64,000 nucleotides of DNA from Tubiluchus corallicola (GCA_030141605.1 JAQGDQ010000010.1:558001-622000); one strand, 5' to 3'; positions 49,801 through 63,813 are shown, numbered from the stretch's first letter. The notes: a model not told the origin generated them from the sequence alone. Program-made: numbers and translations.

Positions 49801-52800
49801 GAAGCTAACAATCTCTCTTTGCAAATGCGCAACATTTAAATCAGTGTACATCTCACAGTTACACAAGTTTTGCATTTCGCACGTACAGCTGTGACTTTAA
49901 GCTCTACTGTTTGGTTGAAGTCTCTGGCAACTCAGGTTAACATTAAGGAGTCACTATGACTCCAAAGTATCACAAAAACATGCTTTTATACAGCTCAGCA
50001 CCTTGCAAGCTAGCAGCCAGATACAGCTTGCAAGGCTTGCTTAATGTAAATGGTTACAACGAAAGCGGATCTTGCTTATTCTCAACAACAGTCAACTGAA
50101 ATGAGATGCTAAATCAGCAAATACTTACTCTATTTGGATGTATATTTTTTCTCATTGTTTCTATATACTGTATTTGTATTTGCAAATAAGTAAATAAATC
50201 CAAATAAAAAATATTATACATCTTCCCCAAAGTAACCCAGAGCAACGTGGTTGATGAAACTGCCACAAAGCAGTTTTCCTACTTAGTCATTTACCAACTA
50301 AGTTTGGCACCGCTTATGTTTTCCAATCAAGACACACCATAACTATTCTGCTATTTCCTTGCTTCAAATGCATGCATTCAGTTTAAACAACTCCATCTGA
50401 AATTGCTTTGGTACTAACACTACACGTCACAATCAGCAAATTTTAGCAATATACGACATAAAAATGCATTGAAAAATGATATCACAATACATGTCTACGT
50501 ACCCAAGTTGCGCCCATAACGGGTTATACGGATGTGACTTAGCCAGCAAATCAATCCACCGTGCCGAGTGTTTGTCCAAATATGTTTTACTGGGCTTAGA
50601 ATCGGCAGGAGACACTGTGGGCACCCAAGCCAAGTGACTACTCAATGCTGCTGTGAGCAAAGTGCTTAGAAAGCTGAAAAATTGTAAAACAATACTACAT
50701 AAAGCCTGCTGCACAAAAATGAACAGCTCATCAAGCAAGTTAAAGTTAATATCTGCCAAAAGTTACTTACAACAGTCATTAAAAGAAACACAAAAAGCTT
50801 TACGGAACTTCATCAGACAATTACTCATCTAGCTAGCTCAAATAATAATTTTGTCATAAAAATACATTTCAAGAAAGCCATACTAATCCAGTATGACAAA
50901 GTTTCTGGAAAAGAAGCTAACTGCTTCGGACTTCCTTATTTTGCTTCCTCAAATACTTACAAATTCATATTCTTGTTGTCAAGCTTTTCATAAAGAGTCA
51001 TTAGATCCATCATGAACTGATCGCATACGAGCACTCTGCGAGTACTTCCAGACATCATTGTCAGCCATACTGGATGTGCAAGACGCTGCGACATGTACAA
51101 GTCATGTAGCGAGTCTCGCAGATCATCTAAAGCCTAAGAAGGTCAATAATTAACAAGTGTAAACTCGAGCAAATAAAATTTCTGCCTAATGCTGCTTGTC
51201 TTCAACTAGCATCTTTCAACTAGCAACAATAACTAGTTTTCGCAAAGAAAAACAAAAAGATGAATTTCAAAAATTCATATATAGCAGATTGCTTTACTGA
51301 GAAATGACGTAACAGAGAGAGCACTCGTTAAAGCATTTTCGTAATTGAACAAATCATGGCGAATAAAACTTATTAGATCCTTACTATTATTCATTAAACT
51401 TTATGCTTTGGTTTTAGCCATAGTTAAAATAGTTAAAAAAAATTTTGCCCAAAGGGTCCTATCCCATATCATACTAACACAGTGCCTCACCATGAAATAT
51501 ACCAAATATACAAGCCATAACTTGAAAGTCGTAAAAGTAAATGGCAAACAAAGAAATTTTAACAGTGTCAAAGGCCTACGATGAATGGTAATTGAACAAC
51601 AATCAAGATCTCACAATTGTTTGCCCACATTAGTATGTATATACTAAGTTTGGCTTGCACCAGGTCAGCATTCTCAGATATATTATGTAAAATATTCAAA
51701 TGAACAGAAAATAAGGAAAGAATAATAAATGCTCTCAAGTTAACAACTATAATTTATACCTCTACCACTATAGGAAGAAATTCTTTTTTGTTGAGATAAG
51801 CTTTTTCCACAGCTGCTCTTAACTTGTATACATGACCCTCCATCAATGGAGCATGTGAGAAGAAGAATTTTTGAAAGTCATTGTTGTCATTGTTCTCATT
51901 TCCATCTACTAGAGTGACAATGACCGCGATGCCAAGCTTTGTTCGACTTCGCTGTGTTGGTGGTAGTTGCTGTAAGAAACAAAATGCAAAAGTTACATAG
52001 CAGAAAAGATAATAATTCAAATGACAATAAATATCAAACAAATCATTACATAAATTTAATATAAATATGGTACACAGGCATAAAAATGAAATATGTTGAC
52101 AAACCATTTAAAAACTGCAACATATATAATGTCAGTAAAATCTATCTAGATTTTAAAAATATCTCTGCTTATGGGTAAATTCACATACTATACCAGTAGC
52201 TTGTTTAACTTAATTTTTTTACTTCCCATCAAGAAAAACAGTCTGAGATGACCAATTACGATAATGATGACTTGCATAATAATTGCAAGGATACAAAACA
52301 TGCATCTCTAATCAGTCCTTGGTTCAATGTAGCCTTATGTTTCATGTTTACTTTCACTTGCATGCAGTTTAGATAATGTACACTATTACCTCAGTTGAAC
52401 CCTGTAATTCTCTGCTCTTTGACCGCCTCAGACCGAATTCCAGACTGGTATTCTGGCATCGCATCCAACGCCGATGTAAAGTGTTGTACGTATTGGTACT
52501 GATATTTGATGAAGAAGTTTCTTCCAGAAATGACACCATGCTATTAAAGGACGTAACTACAAGAAAAAAGTGACAAGACTGTAATTATCATGGCATTAGT
52601 CACACCGGACTCCATTTCAAACTTATCACTCAACATAATGAACCCTACAAAATGTTGAAAGGGAGCATACTATTTTTTCAAGAATGACTTACATGAAAAA
52701 ATTATTAACACAAAATGGTAATTTCACATTCGGCGGCTAGTTGTCCTTGTTACATGCGCTTCACCAATTGCCAGTTAGATGGGTACCAGCACCTGCATCT

Positions 52801-53619
52801 CGAAAATGCATTGCAAGAAAAGCAGGTGATGCACCTCTCAATTTAGAGGTGGTCACATGTGATGTAGTGCACACGTTCGAGAACTCATGCGTGAACACAG
52901 CGGCAAAAATGAAATTTGAATTTTAAATTTAAATTTGAGGAGTTTTTGTATATCACACTGAATGTTGTACTGTAGTACTGTACTTCAATTTTTGCTTTTA
53001 CAAATACGTGCACACACTTATAGACTGTTTGTATTGTTGAAAATTACGTTCTGTTGTGATGTCATCACTAGTTGGGCTCCTTGGTCTTTAACTAAGTTTT
53101 TAACTTGTTGCTTAATTATCAGAAATGCTTTGGCATAGTTATAGGTGTTGAAATGTACACTTTTTACGGCACTTCAAAATGAGATAAGATGCAAAAAATC
53201 ATCCTGTTATAATGCATTGTAATACACATTGTTATAATGCCATGTTAACTCCTCAAGTATTTTAATTTTAAGTGTCCAAACAAGAGAAATAATACTGGTG
53301 CAAACAATACCTGAGGCCAGCGAAGCTGATAGTCCGCTATCACCGTCTTCATTCCTGTTTCGCCGTGCAAGAGGCACAGACATGGGAGCAGTGCGACAAT
53401 GGGGCAACCCTGATGGCAAACTACTATTGCTTTCTGAAGTGTTGATGAAATCACTGTCAGAACGCTGCAGGACACTGCTGTGATCCTCACACCTACAAAA
53501 GAAACAAACAACAAAAAACTAGTAAGAAGCGAACTCAAAGAGAGATGATAGACAGCAAATGCAAAAATGAGAAAATGTGTGAGTGAGTGAATCAATGAGT
53601 GAGTGAGAGTGTGAGAGAG

Positions 53620-53677
<58 letters not shown>

Positions 53678-55047
53678 GGGGAGAGAGAGAGAGAGAGAGA
53701 GAAAGGTGATGAAAAACAACCCTGCCACTTTAGTATGTATACATGTAATAGCAATAATTACTATTCAATTCTGCAAGAGGAAATGTATTATTTAATTGTA
53801 TACAAAAACATTCTAAATAAGTGGTTCTTGTATTCTTGCAGAAAGAATTATGTACTCAGCTTTATCATAAAATGAAAAATATAACTGACACACTAAGTTT
53901 GGGATTCACTACCCAATAATATTCATACCCAGTTGCTGTCATATAGTCTGGTTGAGGTGCAGGACACACTGTAGTCATCATTAGTTGCTGCGGTGTCCGG
54001 ATGCTGTGCACCTTCAGCATAGACCCTTGAAATGCCATGGCAACACTTCCGAACACCATCTCACCAAGCATCTTGACATCTGAGCTGGCTCGAAGAAACT
54101 GAGCAAAAGCAGCATTAATTTACATTCAAATAAACACTGCTAAATTTACACCATTTCAAACTCAAAAGTGCATAGCAAAAATCCATTGTTCTCAGCAGAC
54201 GATCAAAAGTGCAACATGTTAATTTGTTTATGTAGAATAGCAAGTGTTTTTAAATAATGTTTTTCAATACGTGTATCCTACCATCCAGAACTTTCATCAT
54301 GCAACTGAATAATGACTTAAGCAGTTTTGAAAGTGACACAGTTTTGAAAGTGACACAACCATAGTTTAAACTTTTAGTCGCTCAGTGATTGAAAATTTGC
54401 TTAGAAAATTGTCCTAGCCTAGCCATACTTGAAAATGGCTGTGAATTAACTTGCTAAATTTGAGTGCTACTATACAGTGTAGCTACCAGCAATACTATTT
54501 TAACTCATACAAATATTATATGACTTTTACATTATGTTATTACGATTATTCTTATATATTACATGTGCCTCATTTTGGGTGAAAATATCATATTGTTCTG
54601 GTCACAGTATATTTTGATATGGCCTAAAAAAATTTCTATACATCATAAGTCACGTATATTTTGATGCCATCTGCTCCTTGGCCTGGAGTAAACTCCGCTT
54701 CCGGGAAAACCCTTTCCGACAATCGATCAACATCCACTCAAGGTTGTCCTTTTATGGGCAACATCCAGGATTCCAAAGTGAGCATGCCCGACTAGTTAAC
54801 ATTTGGGAGATCACGCATTGCAGATAGATTTTTTCAAATTTTATCTGTGAGTAGCTTTGCTGCTACTCATCAAAAATTGTGTGACTATTGCCAGTGGTAG
54901 AGGACTAAAGCTGAATCAACAATGGATAGGAAACAGGCCATCTGTGGTTAAAATCGTCAAAAATTGCCAGAAAGTCTTTACGAATGCATGTATTCAAAAT
55001 TTCATAGTTTTTAGAGTTTGTGCTATTCAGCTGCATAAGCACAAGCT

Positions 55048-55080
<33 letters not shown>

Positions 55081-58000
55081 TTTATTTATTTTAAGCTGAT
55101 TGACATACAGCAATATTACTGATAGGAGTTTTCCACTGTGCAACAAATACATTTTAGTTGAGGACAGGTGTATGCAACTGTACGCACAAGCTTCACTTTA
55201 GATATATATTAAAGTGACAGAATTTACAGACAAAAACATGGCAAATTTTACCTGGTAGGGTTGTTTTTGCTCCTCAAGCTGCTGTTGGCAACTGCTGCCC
55301 AGTGTGCGGCCTGGAGGGGCTGTCTGACTTCTGCAAAATTTTCCATAAACTCTGGCACCATTTTGCTTCTGAAAAGACAAAACTGCAGATTAATTGCAGA
55401 AAAGAAATCATGAATTTAGTGCATCAGATCAGCAAATCTTAAAGCACATTTAAAGAAACAGCAAATTTGAAAAATGTGAAATTTAAAAATTTGATAAAGT
55501 TGCATCAGTAAACAGAACTAAAAGTCTCAGGTCAGAAGAAATGAAAACTTAGTAATTTCAACAATTTGTGCAAATAACTACCATGACATCACCTTCACTA
55601 TCCCAGCATGCATTAGTAAGCAGTAATCCAGAAAAGTATTTATTAAGTTTATCTACTAAATTCACTTATTACAGAAAGTACAAGTTGTCATTTTTCTACC
55701 AGAACCACTGATCTCACATTACTCTCTTAACAGACAATCAACTATTAAAATGGTTGAATCTAGTAGCTTAAATTCCCAACTTTTAAACATGTACAGATAC
55801 CAGTAATGTAAGCACTGCATACAGTAACATTACGTGCACATAATACAAAAGTTTGCAGGAACAGTAAAAACTCAATTAATCTTGTACTTTAATACGCACA
55901 TTTAATTGCTGTCATTGGCAATTCGACTGCTCTTTCAGACCTTACCACTTACCTGTACACGTGGATCAATGTGTTTAACAGACTTAGAATCGAACAGTAA
56001 AGTGCGGCCCTTGCTGTCACAGTCACGAAAAATGATTAACCTGATGTGTTCCCGTTCCAATGCCGGACATGGAGAACTAAAATAAGTAACAAAAGTTCTA
56101 TGTGACTGTCCAACAGTCAAACAAGTGAGATGCTGCAACAATAAATTAGTTGGTTCAGTTTGTAAAGCTTGACTTTTAGAAATTGCCAAATCTCGGTTTC
56201 TGCGTTATATTACCAACATTTACGAAACAGGAATTGCTATGATTCACCTATTGTTCAAATACCTATAATGTTATAATATATGTTATTGCTATTTAGCACA
56301 AGTATTCATCCAGGTTAATGACAAAATATTTGCTCAGCTACCACCACATTTTTTTGTCAAGATTCGACATTCAGTTAATACACATATTAATATCTTTTAT
56401 TACCACATCTTAATGGGGGACAGAAGCTGGAATTAATCTTCTGTACTTGCTCTTTAAATGTTAAAGCCATGATTCGAGTTTGACTAAAAACCCGCATTTT
56501 GTTCTATAGGTCAGAATAAAGTATTAAGTCTGTCATAAGAATTTAATGAAGGCTTTTTGTTTTTCCTGTCATATGACAGCAAAATAAAGATATGAAATTA
56601 AACCAAATCATAATGAACATTTTATAATTGTTAAAATGTAGTCTAAAAAATTATTGATTTGACCTTAAATAAACACTCAAGGTTATTGAAGAATTGTCTT
56701 TTCACGGGTATTAAATGTTGAATTAAATTTGGTTCCCACTTCACAGTTTCGTACAGTTCGGTAATATTTCAACTCTCATTTCCTTTAGTGTTATCGCCCT
56801 TTGAATACTTTCTGGATTTACGCTTTGCTGTGGACAAAAAAGATTTGTCACAGAAAAATCCCTACTTTCCTGAAATTTTAATGAGAGTCTCAAACCCAGA
56901 ACTGTTTCAACTCTTTCACAGAACGCTATACAGTATATTGTTGCCAGGCAAAGTTGCCCAGGCCTGAGAGGCTTGCCATCTTATGCGCTGTGCTATAGGC
57001 TGAGCAACTGACCAATAAACTGACCGCTAGTGGACAAACACCCCTTGAGTTCAGCTGATAAGCTGTGATAGCCCCGACAGCTTCATAAGCTAATATAGAT
57101 CCTATACAGTACAACAGTATAATCCATGGGTACTAAATGACGAATGGGCATTTCTCCTTCCTAGTTTGCAGCTCTAGCTTATCAATTTTCGTACTAGCCA
57201 TTACCGTGAGAGAGTGAGAGAGGTGGAGGAGAAAGAGACATCGCTAGCGTAACGATTTTTAATTTTGACTATTTTGCCAATCTAAACTCACGCTGTAAAA
57301 AGTAGCTCATTAAAATATTAGCAAATAGTAAACAAAACGTTTATGTGCGAGTTATATGCAAAGTAGTAGTTCACCAAAATATTAGCAAATGGCAAACAAA
57401 ACGTTTGTGTGAGTTATGTGCTAAGCACGTTGCTCATTCATTGAGAAACTAAACCTCCTATTCTAATGGACAATCAGCAAAACAAATTCTACACGTTAGC
57501 GGAGGCAACAGATCGCCAGGGTTAATTTATTCATAGACAGTAAAGCACACAGCACAAGGCTGAACATTAGCTACAAAGCAACTTGTCAGTGGTCACTAAG
57601 CACACACTTGAATGCTCTTCGGACGCAAGACCCTCGCGGGTTGACAAGCTGGGCAAACAAGAGATAACAATTCTTGGAAAACGGTGGCAGGGTTACACGG
57701 CTACAGACAAATCGGTTCATTAGATGTCCAGGATTCAAAGGAATTTCGGAAATTATTAAAACCTGTGTTTGTATTTAAAGCAAGCATTGCCTAATAAAAT
57801 AACGAACAATATAAACGCATAATTGAGTAAATTAATAAAATTATTTTGCTTATTTTTATACAGTTCTCCGGCATTCTGCAAGCCCGATTTGGACACATAC
57901 GTCAACCTCCTGTAATATAGTTCATTCTCATAACCTTTTAACATGGCCACTAAAACACACCTGTATTAGCCATATTCCGATACGTATATACCTTCCATCT

Positions 58001-59308
58001 GCGAAGCAAATAGCTGGGAACCGGGGAAGTATGGCAGTTGAAACCATCCAAAAAGGGCACAAATGGAAAAATAAAATAAAAAATGGCACACTTATAAAAT
58101 ATGATTTTTTTATTTAACTTTTTATTCCACACTCAAGGTGTATAGTATAATACACACAATCAACACAACTCTGAGTTTGGGGTTATTGTAGGCGACAATT
58201 ATTTTAGTTATTTTTACCTCTGCCAAGGAAGTTATGCTTCATCGCTGTATGTTTGTTTGATTGATCGTTTATTCTTACGATTACATAGCAGTAAGCTTAT
58301 TACTCAAGAACTCTTAGCAGATTCCGTGAAACTTTATGGAGAAATTGGATAGGGGACAAGAAAGATGCATTTTTATGCATATTTCTGAACAAGGGAGGGG
58401 ATGAAAACTATCGAAGTGTGGATTTTTTTCGCCTGGATTTCTTTTTTTTATAAAACTTGGCTGAATGCCACGCACAAAAATATTCGTGAAGCACTTCGTG
58501 GAGGTCTCAGAGGGAGTGTTACAGCACTTTGGAAAGAAGAGGACTTGACTATAAGGTCGGGTAGGTCTTTTTTATTATCTCTAGCAGGACAAACAATACG
58601 AGTTAGTGCCAGGTTTTATTTCAAAAAATTCTTGCTGGGAAAACTGTGTAATGCCGTCTACAACCTTTGCTTACACATAGCCGACTTAGTACGTAAATAC
58701 ATTTATTTGTCAGGCTATTATCATTGCCAAATTGTTAAAAAAATGTAGACAAACACTATGTGGAATGTTCGTGCATTATTGATTATAATTCAATTTAATG
58801 AACATGATACTGCATGAATCTTTTGCTAGTCTATATAATAGTTACACAAGTATACTTTTGTATGTTTGCTTGTTATGTTTGTTTTATATCTCTTTCTATC
58901 AAAAGAATCAGTTAAACATGTTCAGGATTTTTCAACCTGGTGGAATTTTGCTTCCCACTGAGTGTATCCTAGTGTTATTATAGAAACTGTTTGCATTAAA
59001 ATAATATTAGATGCCATTTGCCTACTTTTGCATTTGGGCCATTTTTCCTGTGCTATTTTTACCTACACTTCATCTAAACGGAAGTAATTTTCTTACGGCT
59101 GTCATTTCATTTACTGACTAGACTCTGGTGCTGCTTAACTTTGGTTGGTAAGCACACACAGTTGGTACACAGATGCTGCCATAATTATTGCAATTGGTAC
59201 TTCATGTGAAATAAAAGTGGGAGAGAAAGGGATGAGGAGTGAGTGAGTGAGTGAGAGACAGAATGAGTGAGTGAGCGAGTGAGTGAGTGGAAGACAGAAT
59301 GAGTGAGT

Positions 59309-59347
<39 letters not shown>

Positions 59348-62300
59348 GTGATTTCCAAACTGGCGATACCGGTTTAATTGTGCTGAAAAAATTCCACAAT
59401 GCTGGGTCGGGTACATGAAAATTTATTGCTGGTCCAGAGATTCTATTTTAAGAATTTTACTGGCGAGAAGACAAAAGTGCGCTGGTTCAGCTTGTTATGA
59501 ATATTACTGGGACGAGCGACCACGGAATGTACAGTCAAGGACAGTCACTGGCCCAGTTTTTTAACCGGTTGGTCTAGCAAGAGGCTCACCACATAAATCA
59601 AAATTAGTGACAAAGTCGATTATTTAAAATTCAAAATATAGCATCTTTCTGAATGCACGTGCTTCTTAATTTCCAAAAAATTGGTAATGTTGGTCGATAA
59701 TACAGTTAATACGTCTGGGTGTAAGAGCACGAAATATAGGCACTGTTGTCAATTTTATTCCTGAGGCAAGGTTTACTCTTGGAATCTAAATTTTGGTGTG
59801 ATCGATAAAATACCAGCTATACCTCAATGTAATTGCACTGCAACTGAACAAATTACGTATCTTAGAAACACAGGTGACCGAAATCTAAATGTTCTGAATG
59901 GCCAACGTGGGCCTAAGCAAAGCCCATTAAGCAAAATAATTTCGGACCCTTAATGCTTTTAGTAGTCCCCAAACTTGGTCAGATTGCAAACAAAAAAACG
60001 TTATTTGATAGGCATGATTCGTCTAGACATTCTACAGCATACTACAATTATGTGTGTCATAAAGAAGCATTTTTTGTTGGTTGATATTTGCCTCAGATAA
60101 TTTGCAACATGTGATAACTACATGTAAAATGCTAAGTATGTCTTTCTTTCATAACACTGTCCGTTAGCCAAAATATAAGGCTGTTAAAAATTAACACTCA
60201 CTTTATACATGTACTAAACTGCACAAAATTTGTTTACAATTGATTTGGTTCAAAAACGCTTTCCACTTCATCTGCACAAACACAAAAAATCTTAACAACC
60301 TTGATATAGCACCCCCTACAATCGAGATTTTCCACAAAATTACGTTGCTCATAAGGCTATAACCAAATATCATACAGAATAAATCAGCAGTGGCCAAGTT
60401 ATTGCAACTTTCACTGCCCACCACAACAACAATTTAACATTGTGAAATAGCAATAGGTAGTTTCAGTTTTGTAATATAGGTGTCAAGATCCTACGAATCC
60501 ACATTAAAAAAACTTAAAATTTCTGGTAGCAGTCTGCTTTAATTCCTAGCCATCACAGTATTTACCAGGACAAGTCTGTTTAACCAATAGTATTTGACGA
60601 GTGATAATCATGCTGTAAGGACATGAGGCTGAAAGGAACACAAAGCAAATACACACAGGACTGCCGCATGACGATGAGTCACTGCAGACAGATTTACCTG
60701 AGTTAATAGTACCTGCTATTAAAGTACATGCAATTTTAAACTTACATACATTCACCAATAATAACCAAGCATGCCGATAGACACTGAACTTACATATGAA
60801 TAGCAAAAACGTCACCAAGTGCATATTTTTTTAAACCAATGGCACTTCCATCGGTGATTGAAAACGTTTATAAATGCAGTTGATTGATTCTTCACCATAC
60901 TCAGCCAGAAAGGTCGGATGGTGTTAATATCGACAACATATCTTGATGGAGAGGTGTCAAGTGAAGATCCCTTATACTGTCAGTGATGGTGTATACATAC
61001 CATGTAAAGAAACACTACAAAGGTACTAGTAGAAAGCTGCATATAGCAGTCCTACAAGTGAGAAGTAGAAAACTATGCACACAACCTAGGAATAGCATCT
61101 AGGAACGTTGAGGTGGACATGCTGCATAATGCATTCTGAAAAGAAATTGAAAGGCACCTGTGCAGACGAAATGCTAACAAACAAATCCTAAAAACCATCA
61201 AAGCAAAGGCTTACAACAAAAGCAATAACACAGGTTGCCAGTGGTTTTTATTGACCTAAAGGGACAAATTATACATAATTTCTGAATTGGGTCAGGTGGT
61301 GAAAAGAAAAATTCCAGCCCAAATAATAAGCTGACATGAGAAAAACATCTCAATTAGCAGTCAAGGTCGAAAGCTTGACATGCAAACAAATGAAACAAGA
61401 TATCATGGGAAATGGTGTTAAACGTCATTTGGGAAAGTGCAGTTAAGCTATGAGCAATTGTTAGTGCATTAAGTACACTCATTGGTCAGATATATGTTGA
61501 TCCGACTTCGGGAGATCTAATGTAGTGATTATGTTTGAGTGCTAATGAAATAACGTGTGTGTATAACTAATACATAAGTTTCACGTAAGTACACAATGAT
61601 TCCAAAACTGAAAATGGCCCAAAGTCAGGGCAAAATCTATCCTGAAATACAAATGCTTCAGCTTACACCTGTGTCTGTCAGCTAGGGCATAAATAATGGC
61701 TTGCAGAAAGTGCAGTCTTGCCATTCAAACAAAACATCTACTCTAGACACTTCAGCTTCCTTAGAATAAACAATTGTGGAGTACTGCTGGCATACAGTAT
61801 GCATATTCTAAAACAGCAACTTAACTTCTAACATTGTATCTCCTGATGATTTGATAATTTTGTTCTAATCCATCCAGAAGCAGCTCTGTATTTTGCTCAA
61901 GCTTTTTTTGTAAAAACTGAGCCTCATTTTAATAGACTTGAGCATGTTAAAAGCATTTTTGAGTGGATTTAGCCTAGTTGAAAATGTAATGTATCTGTCA
62001 CATTTTCTCTGTTAAATTAGCACGAAACCAAAAACATAAAGAGAAAAAAGATTGAATGCAATTGTTATAACTTACAGACAAACGTTAAGCTTGCAAACTT
62101 ATAAATATGCTTAATTTTTGATTATAGGCCGATTATAGGATGTCAGTTGGCTGGGCAAATTTATCTAGCTAGGCACAGCTTTTTTAATTTTGTAATTCTT
62201 TTTTATAATGCATTAAATTTATACAGAAAACCATCAAAGAACCTTGAACAAAACTATTAAAAATTAAAAGATAACTTAGGATATGTCTTCCAGGTATAAG

Positions 62301-62769
62301 TCATACTTGGACATTCAGAAAATTCGCAAGCAACTCTTATACCACACTAGATTAAATGTCAAAGGTGCACGAAATGTCAGTTATTACTATTATAAGTATT
62401 ACTATTAATGACAAACGATAGAATGGAAAACGAATGTCAAAGCAATGTCCACAAACGATCTGCTCCATTAGAAATTCGACCCCTATATATAAAAAAACAA
62501 CTTCAAATATAGTAACGGGTTTTTTGGAGCATAACCATCGAAATACTGCAATACTGAGAGTAGTACGTAATACAGTCTAACAACTACTAAATCATGAGCG
62601 TTAAAAAAGTAAAATTAAGTAAAGAATAAATAGATAATATACTCCTAATTAAATTTTAAATGATTGTGTTGAATAAAAGCACTCACCGTTTTCCTGCATA
62701 CGCAAAAGACGCGGAAGTATCTCCAAATTTTTGATTCTTTTTCCCAAACAACTTGGCAATCACTGCCAT
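43737..62769 (-). CDS. FNIP1: Folliculin-interacting protein (FNIP1/FNIP2 orthologue), 15 coding exons, 1437 aa
   Basis: FNIP_N: [38 protein letters not shown]: [45 protein letters not shown]: [36 protein letters not shown]. All introns are GT-AG and in phase (4314 nt in total). The symbol is a pro-orthologue label. Confidence 0.95.
44254..44369 (-). CDS. FNIP1: FNIP exon 14
   Basis: [24 protein letters not shown]. Confidence 0.95.
45142..45277 (-). CDS. FNIP1: FNIP exon 13
   Basis: [33 protein letters not shown]. Confidence 0.92.
45841..46059 (-). CDS. FNIP1: FNIP exon 12
   Basis: [40 protein letters not shown]. Confidence 0.94.
46430..46607 (-). CDS. FNIP1: FNIP exon 11
   Basis: [16 protein letters not shown]. 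Phases 1/2 fit the neighbouring exons. Confidence 0.85.
47255..49446 (-). CDS. FNIP1: FNIP exon 10 (2192 nt; end of FNIP_M plus long low-complexity linker)
   Basis: [31 protein letters not shown]; internal [18 protein letters not shown]. Confidence 0.93.
50503..50673 (-). CDS. FNIP1: FNIP exon 9
   Basis: [32 protein letters not shown]. Confidence 0.95.
50961..51133 (-). CDS. FNIP1: FNIP exon 8
   Basis: [29 protein letters not shown]. Confidence 0.93.
51760..51969 (-). CDS. FNIP1: FNIP exon 7
   Basis: [36 protein letters not shown]. Confidence 0.93.
52390..52556 (-). CDS. FNIP1: FNIP exon 6
   Basis: [19 protein letters not shown]. Confidence 0.9.
53311..53492 (-). CDS. FNIP1: FNIP exon 5
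   Basis: [32 protein letters not shown]. Phases fit. Confidence 0.88.
53575..53703. repeat. (GAGT)n-(GA)n microsatellite
   Basis: Read directly. Confidence 0.95.
53929..54098 (-). CDS. FNIP1: FNIP exon 4
   Basis: [36 protein letters not shown]. Confidence 0.95.
55252..55368 (-). CDS. FNIP1: FNIP exon 3
   Basis: [17 protein letters not shown]. Phase 0/0. Confidence 0.8.
55953..56076 (-). CDS. FNIP1: FNIP exon 2
   Basis: [28 protein letters not shown]. Confidence 0.94.
57301..57440. repeat. ~64-bp tandem duplication
   Basis: aaaatattagcaaat(a/g)g(t/c)aaacaaaacgttt..gagttat.tgc x2. Confidence 0.85.
58211..58530 (+). mobile_element. Helentron-associated non-autonomous element (HINE/DINE-1-like)
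   Basis: Starts in a T run with subTIR acctctgccaag, then a tgtt microsatellite-like segment, the reverse subTIR cttcgtggaggt, a short hairpin agtg..cact and TT. Confidence 0.6.
59235..59345. repeat. (GAGT)n-(GA)n microsatellite
   Basis: Read directly. Confidence 0.95.
62687..62769 (-). CDS. FNIP1: FNIP exon 1 (start ATG 62769)
   Basis: [11 protein letters not shown].. resembles the FNIP1 N-terminal LFQKLFSKR. Kozak aTCATGG. Donor GTGAGT, phase 2, fits exon 2. Confidence 0.82.
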
Positions 62770-62789
62770 GATGCATCCATCATGTGACT

Positions 62790-62900
62790 GGCGACAGGGA
62801 AGCGAAGAAAACACGAGTTTTGTAAGCTTGCTGCTGATTGGTTGAGTGTAGCGATCTGTGTCCTTTAGGCCTGCCGCCAAAGCAAAGCACGCAAAAGGGT
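62790..62900 (-). promoter_or_regulatory. Probable FNIP promoter / 5'UTR with CCAAT box
   Basis: Locally GC/CpG-richer. CTGATTGGTT (NF-Y-like) at 62834-62843. Confidence 0.35.
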
Positions 62901-63813
62901 ATCAGCATCGATCAGTGACCGTTTAAGAGGCCTAGACAAATCAGAGATTTTCTTATTCACATTAAGCAGTCTGATAACAACTATATTATTGCTTTAGTCG
63001 ACCAGTCCCACCGCAACATGCATCAAAAATACCGTAGGCCAAATCTATCCTCGAAGGCGGGTAACGTTGTACGTTTCTGAAAGCAGAAAATACCTACCCA
63101 TAGAGTACTAGAGTCGAGATTGGATAACCCATCAGGTCTGAATTAGGGGTGTAACGCAGAAATCATGCTCATTGTTAAATACAAAAATTTCTTTTGTTTT
63201 TTTGACCAAAATATATTATACACTTTTATAAATGTCAATTTATGAAAGAAGCTTTTAGTCACGTTACTCAAATTTTCAGAATGTTGTAAACATCTGCAGA
63301 TTTAATGTACCATAGTCAAACAACATGTAAGAAACCCGTTATCTGTGCACCAATTTAGCAACCCCATGATCCACCTCTAGTCCCCACGCTATTTTCTCTC
63401 ATGCATCAAGGTTTGTGCAAGATTGTCTGCGCTACAGAAAAATTATAACCGGTGGGGACATGAATAAGTGCTGTGAAGGTGAATAATATTGAATTTTAAA
63501 TTTTCTGAGAACTCTTGCAAACGTTTATCGTTCGCCCACACAATGGAGAGGGCACAAGAAATCACAGACCAAACAGTATACAACCAAGAACTTCCAATAA
63601 AGTAAAAGATAATATAAACTATAGTCATCTTCTTTTTGTTATCCTTTCTCTAGTTTCATATCTATGTATTGTAACCATTATTCACTACTTATTGTTGATT
63701 ATATTATTAATAATGTTCTTTTGTAGTGTACCAAAGAGATAAATAAATTGAAATTCAATTGATCATTTTAATACTTTCACTTTAATGACCATCTTAATAA
63801 AATATATGGAATG

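Noticed and set aside
53245-53754. 169-aa Leu/Ser-rich ORF
   Set aside because: Translation of the (CT)n/(ACTC)n microsatellite plus an off-frame part of FNIP exon 5.
63500-63762. Possible LINE 3' end (aataaattgaaattcaattga tail)
   Set aside because: No diagnostic protein motif; too weak to annotate.
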